DNA of 63,825 bases, filler included, from Fonticula-like sp. SCN 57-25 (Eukaryota): the NCBI GenBank assembly GCA_001724245.1. It is 3 parts of 3 records of this genome, joined end to end, with 100 filler letters (N's around TTAATTAATTAA, not from the genome) between each part and the next. Parts side by side here need not be neighbours in the genome. Positions count along the whole stretch, not along the records: positions 46,084 to 63,825 come from MEDX01000112.1; 2 more parts are not named here. The stretch is one strand, 5' to 3'. The notes under the pieces were generated by a model. It had not been told where the DNA came from and made no database searches. It was given only the letters and a program-made list of their open reading frames with translations. Position numbers and translations under genes: made by a program. Shown here in pieces: positions 58,610 to 63,825 of this stretch (the stretch's first letter is position 1; every line of letters starts with the position of its first letter).

Positions 58610-59132
58610 ATACCACTTGGTGGCAAGTTCGCCTCAAGCAGCGGAGTGAATGCATACGCGCACGTGACCTCCGCCACATCTTGACACCGTACGACTGTTA
58701 TATCCATCGCCGCGTGATCAAGGTGTGGCTGGGGTCACGTGCTCGCCTGCTTTCATTCAACTGCACATTCCCTTCCTCTTCATAACTATCCATGTTTGTG
58801 TGCGGCGTTGATTGGATTGATGTGTGTCATATTTTTACGGGTATCTGTGGATTGTAAGGGCGGCGTACTGCGGTCACCACCCGGTCATAGCGCTAAATAT
58901 AGTATATAAAACCCCCTTTTCATATTGAGATACTGCGCAGCATCGCGCTACAGAATGGAATATGGTCATCGAGCACTGCAATCAAAGCCATAGGGGGGAT
59001 TGATTCACTACCCCACGGTCATACAACCGGGTAGACTTAATTAGTCACCCCATTCCAATCTTCCTTTTTTGGGCGAGCCCCGTTTTTTCCGTTTTTTTTG
59101 TGTGCCTCCCCTCTGCTCTCTGCGTCACCGCC

Positions 59133-59840
59133 ATGGCCCCCGAGCGCACCAATCCTCGGCGCAATCCTCCCCGCCCTGCTCCCGATCATTGCATGAAAGA
59201 CTGTCTTCGTCTTTCTGAGCTGGTTGAAGTGGTGGAGTTGGGCGGACAAAAATTCATACACTGCCGAGGCGACTTGCCGACATGCCGCTTGGTGCACGCC
59301 TCGCCAAACTCCAACATTCACTCGCACTATAGCAATGTGCATAAACTGTTTGGGTATGTGTGCCGCGAGAGCGGGTGCGACCTCAAGTTTTTCAAGATTG
59401 GGGAGCGCAAGAAGCACGAGACCAAGGCGCATCCCGGCAGAGTGTATGCCCGAAGCCCCAACAACGGCCTCAAGAAGCTGATTTGCCAACTTGCCGGCTG
59501 CGACCATGCCGATGGGATGCCTTTTGACGAAGAGATGAGCGGATCGGACTTTGGTTCTCCGCCGTCATCTGTCGATGGGCATGTTCCTCTTTCTGTTGTT
59601 GACGCGACGATCCCGGCTCTCAAGCCAGAGCATTTCAAGCAAGAGCATGTCGTCCCCGATCCCGATGATCATCATGCCGATTTCCCCTCTGATCTGCCCG
59701 ACCTGCCCGTCTTTCCCACTTTTACTAACGAAAGTGGTGTAGACGACGCCGATGCGGCCATCCCCCCGTCAGTCTATTCCCGATCCCTCGATCACTACTC
59801 TAGTTTTGATCTCGGGGTTCTCCTTATTGATGGCAACTGA
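59133..59840 (+). CDS. C2H2-type zinc-finger protein with acidic C-terminus (paralogue 2)
   Basis: CRGDLPTC..NIHSHYSNVH and YVCRESGCDLKFFKIGERKKHETKAH; intronless. Confidence 0.75.
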   Translation: MAPERTNPRRNPPRPAPDHCMKDCLRLSELVEVVELGGQKFIHCRGDLPTCRLVHASPNSNIHSHYSNVHKLFGYVCRESGCDLKFFKIGERKKHETKAHPGRVYARSPNNGLKKLICQLAGCDHADGMPFDEEMSGSDFGSPPSSVDGHVPLSVVDATIPALKPEHFKQEHVVPDPDDHHADFPSDLPDLPVFPTFTNESGVDDADAAIPPSVYSRSLDHYSSFDLGVLLIDGN

Positions 59841-60575
59841 TGCCTCAACGTGGAATGAGTGCATGCACGCGAGGTCTGCGCGTCGCCGCCGGACATGCGA
59901 AAGGGTCACTATAAGTGTGATCCTTTCGTGTGTCTGTCGGCGCCGCGCATCCCTCGCCTGCATACATTTAAACCTCAACAACACACAAAGAGACCTGGAC
60001 TTTCGAGTTCTTTTTTTAGTTTCGAACTGTTTCTCTCTATTGAGTTACGGTTCTTTTTTAGTATTTTTTATTGTTTTTAGTAGTTTTTTTAGTTAGGTAG
60101 TTTTTTTTAGTTAGGTAGTTTAGTTATTATGTAGTGACTCGCATGAGTGAGGGCGATAAACGCCTTTTGCTTTTTGCTTGAGTAAATATAAGATGACCAG
60201 TGAAGAGAACGAGAAATATGATAGCGAATTTGCTTAACATTATCAATTCAGAGCAAAAGAGCTGTTGAAAGATCGTTTTTTGTGCATCTCTGACATTGAA
60301 TCCCGCGTGATCTGAGCATGCTGATGGCCGAGGCGGCATCCATGATTGGCCTCACTATGCACTGTTTGTCATGCTGGAGCAGTCAAATATTTATATAATA
60401 TGTACCAAGGACCCTTATAGTATCCAACTGTACAGCAACTGTCTTTACAAACACTGCTTTTCGTGCGCTGACGTACATTGATCTTACACTCACATCGCGC
60501 ATCTCGCGCCGCCTCGTCCACGTGGCCATTATATAAATCTGAACAGCCTGCCACAGCCCTGTCACAGCCGTTACG

Positions 60576-61445
60576 ATGTCGGGGTCGGTGATCCTCGAGA
60601 CGTCTGCGGGCCAGATCACCTGCGAGCTGTACTGGAACGAGACGCCGCGGACATGCAAGAACTTTTATGAGCTTGTACGCTTATTTGACCTTCTTTTTCT
60701 ACTTTGCTTTTGCTAATACAGTGCTGTCTTGAACGAATATAAAGGCGCGTCGCGGCTACTACAATGACTGCCCTGTGCACCGCATCATCGCCGACTTTAT
60801 GGTTCAGACGGGTGATCCCACGGGCACTGGCCGTGGCGGCGCCTCCATCTACGGGTACGCAGCGACTGTTCATTGCTCTGGGGTGAAAAGGGGATGGCGC
60901 TGCACTTGCCGCAACGATCTGACACGCTGCCGACAGAGAAAAGTTTGAGGACGAGATCACGCCGATGCTCAAGCACACCGGCGCCGGGATCCTTTCTATG
61001 GCCAACGCCGGACCGAACACGAACGGCAGCCAGTTTTTCATGACACTCGCGCCGACGCCGTGGCTCGATGGTGCGCAGCATTGGGAAGGATCTGTGTGTG
61101 GGATGGGATGGGCGGCATGGAGGGACACGATTTAGATCATTATGATCATTCATATGATAGTTCATATGAAGCACAAAGAAAGACTGTTGAAAAGCGCAGT
61201 TTGATACATGTATTGCGTCGTGTTTCTCTTTCTACTGTGCTTTCTATTCAAACTGCCTCAATCACCTCATCCCCCAAACGGTGTGTCACCATTGTACTGA
61301 TGCTGATGTCGCAGGCAAGCACACTGTCTTTGGCCGCATCAGTGGCGGCATGGCCATTCTCGAGCGCCTCGGCCGCGTCGCGACGGACGCCAATGACCGC
61401 CCGACACAGCCTGTAAAGATCCTTCGCGCGCGCGTGACAAACTAG
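60576..61445 (+). CDS. PPIL1: Cyclophilin, peptidyl-prolyl isomerase-like 1
   Basis: Spliced [48 protein letters not shown]|..[26 protein letters not shown]. Confidence 0.93.
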
Positions 61446-62289
61446 ATGGGTTTTGCCTTTTGTATCCTTTTTTGACATTTGGTTTGTGGCAGCATCGCAC
61501 ATGGAATAATACACGTGTACATCCAAGCAGTTTGCAGTTTGCGTGTGTTCAGTTTGCAGTTTGCGGTTTATGGATCATGTACACTATGATGCAGTATGAT
61601 ACATACTTATAGGCCATAGTTACAAGATATGACACTGGACAGTAGTTGTGGCAAGGCTGTGCACAATATATAATCCACGTGGACAAATAGTGCCTTATTC
61701 TACTCTGATATCCGTACAGTACACAATATGATATCATCCACGTGGGCATTATTCCTTTCCCTTTCCTTTCTCCTTCTACTGTAAATTTGGCGTGTCACAT
61801 TTATTACTTACTGCCAATAGGTAAGATACAGATCGATAATTCACTGATTAATAAAATAATGCAAAAAAAGACTGAAAAAAAGCGCGAAAAACATTTCCCG
61901 CCACTTTTCCGCCTATTCAAACATAATACTCTGATACTCTCTTAACTGCAATAACAAAACATTTACCGGCAAAAGATGCACAAAACATCAACAAACTACT
62001 CAAGCATGCCTACAAAAACGCAACCATTTTCTACAAGAAAATCAGTCGGCCACGTGGTCCTACGATGTTGCAGTCAAGTAAATACTTGATAAAAAGATGC
62101 TTATACCATATCTGGAAATGGGAGGATAATATGGAGATAAAGTAAAGAAAGAGAATAAGAAGCATGAGAAAGTATCAAATCTGCCCCTGAATCTGCCCCT
62201 GAATCTGCCCTTGCATATCAAAAACAGACCTAAATCTGCCCTCAATCTGCAATGCAATCATATCAACAGCATAATTCACCAGATTCTTC

Positions 62290-63825
62290 TCATTCAACAA
62301 CACTTTCACTCCCCTGACTCACCCCCTGATTCACCCCCTGATTCACCCCCTGACTCACCCCCTGATTCTGCATCTGCATCTGCTGCTGTTCCCACCTTCG
62401 CCGCCACACGCCCTCTCGACCGCCCGCGGCCGGCTCGCCATCAGCAAAAGATCCGATCGGTAAAAGTGTCGGAACGATGACGTCATCATTGTCCACGTGG
62501 ATGTTGTCCATGTGGTTGTCCACGTGGGTGTGTTGTGGGCGGTGTGCGCCTGGGGCGAGGCTGAAGGGGGCAGTGTCGGCATAGCGGGGGGAAATAAGCG
62601 ACCCTTTCGGGAAAGAAGAGGATTGGTGCACGTGACTTTGTGTCACGTGATTCTGTGTCACGTGATGGTGTCCATAAAAGTGTCCTTGTTGCTGCACATG
62701 TTGACCTTGTCCTTGTTGCAGTACTTGTGTCATATGTTGACCTTGACCTTGTGTCACGTGACCTTGTTGCATTTGATCGAATATGGGACTGATAATTCCA
62801 CCATGAAACACGTCATTATACCTCGGACTCTTCCCATTGGCCGGCGCACTATTCGCCGACAGCGGCGCCGTTGACGCATTCGACGTCGCAGACATTGGCT
62901 GATTATTGCTCTGATTCTGCTGATTGCTCTGATTTTGCATCATTCCACTCATCGGATACGTCCACTGTTGACCAACTTGATTATGATGTTGAATATGAAC
63001 TTGACCTTGATTATGATGTTGAATATGACCTTGATTATGAAGTTGACCTTGATTCATATGACCTTGGTTCATATGACTCACGTGACCTCCACCAATCAAC
63101 ACACTCGGATCCACTTTAGCCGAATCACTTTGCGCCCTCCTCGTCCTACTCCTCCTCTGCCTCCTATGCCTCACCACCCCCTGCCCCTGATTGGCCAATT
63201 CCGCCTCATCAAAATCAAGTCCGTTTAAATCCCACCCACTCTTCACCGCCACTCTTTCCAAATCATCTTTCCATTCATAAAACCTTGCCATATCACGCCG
63301 CGCAAAACACCCACTCAGTATTGATTCCTGAATCAATCTTAATAGGGAAAAAAGTGATTCCGGATCGGGTTCGCCAACAGTGACATAGCAAAGTGCCTTG
63401 AATATCATTCCCAAATACTGCTCACTAAACTCAGCTAGCACCCCACACGTGGCCAACTGATCCTTGTACGTCATCAGCACATCACGAAGCGCATCAACAG
63501 CATCAACAATCTGACCATTCTGTAGCATGTCACGTGACACACTCGTCATCCTGCCACACATGCTCACATTGCACTTTATAGCAAGCAACAACTTTCGACG
63601 TGCCCCTTGTGCTGACACACCAAGTGCTGACAAATCAGAATCATTAAGCTGACTCAGCGCTTTAAGATCAAGATGAGATAGATTGTCTGTGTACTTGTGA
63701 AGGCGAAGGGAGCGAAGCCACCCTGAAGTTGTTCCAGACATATCAAGTGGATCAGCAGAAGAAGAAGAAGAAGTAGTTGGCCACGTGGATGATCGTGGTG
63801 AAGTGGCGGCCAATGGGGAGAGAGG
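62290..63825 (-). CDS. SAMD4: Smaug/SAMD4-like RNA-binding protein (SAM + PHAT-like, Q/H-rich tail); 5' end outside the window
   Basis: [16 protein letters not shown] is the Smaug/Vts1 SAM signature. The following helical region ([24 protein letters not shown]) resembles the PHAT domain. Confidence 0.85.
   Translation of the reverse strand, partial: PLSPLAATSPRSSTWPTTSSSSSADPLDMSGTTSGWLRSLRLHKYTDNLSHLDLKALSQLNDSDLSALGVSAQGARRKLLLAIKCNVSMCGRMTSVSRDMLQNGQIVDAVDALRDVLMTYKDQLATCGVLAEFSEQYLGMIFKALCYVTVGEPDPESLFSLLRLIQESILSGCFARRDMARFYEWKDDLERVAVKSGWDLNGLDFDEAELANQGQGVVRHRRQRRSRTRRAQSDSAKVDPSVLIGGGHVSHMNQGHMNQGQLHNQGHIQHHNQGQVHIQHHNQVGQQWTYPMSGMMQNQSNQQNQSNNQPMSATSNASTAPLSANSAPANGKSPRYNDVFHGGIISPIFDQMQQGHVTQGQGQHMTQVLQQGQGQHVQQQGHFYGHHHVTQNHVTQSHVHQSSSFPKGSLISPRYADTAPFSLAPGAHRPQHTHVDNHMDNIHVDNDDVIVPTLLPIGSFADGEPAAGGREGVWRRRWEQQQMQMQNQGVSQGVNQGVNQGVSQGSESVVE

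Noticed and set aside
60055-60130. TTAGTTAGGTAG repeats resembling telomeric sequence
   Set aside because: Only a few degenerate copies in a T-rich region downstream of a gene; not a telomere array.
1-63825. Prokaryotic defence systems, rRNA/tRNA genes, transposases or reverse transcriptases
   Set aside because: No supporting motifs were seen. Small ncRNAs such as intronic snoRNAs cannot be excluded by eye.

Overview
Gene-dense, GC-rich nuclear DNA from a microbial eukaryote with many short (~45-65 nt) GT-AG introns. Donors are mostly GTGCGC/GTACGC. The window is three contigs joined by artificial 100-nt spacers (N44-TTAATTAATTAA-N44 at 22962-23061 and 45984-46083), so adjacency across those points is not biological. 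About 35 protein-coding genes can be read. The gene set (AKAP10, HPS1, NUSAP1, Akirin, Smaug/SAMD4 with PHAT domain, SFR1, TMEM18, RagC/D, PLC) suggests a unicellular relative of animals; this placement is inference. The standout is a 3-exon gene at 24726-26462 (-). Once spliced, it joins a Max/Myc-type bHLH-leucine zipper with an altered basic region to a complete four-bladed hemopexin propeller, with no signal peptide. It is a candidate ligand-sensing transcription factor with an architecture I do not recognise. Other notable items: tandem lineage-specific C2H2 zinc-finger paralogues, a tectonin lectin, a propeller + SAM-like protein, an animal-like promoter grammar (E2F, CCAAT, E-box, CHR) in very short bidirectional promoters, and a C-rich to G-rich gradient along long exons. 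No rRNA, tRNA, CRISPR array or clear transposon was seen. Exon boundaries and family calls were made by eye and from recalled family motifs, not database searches.
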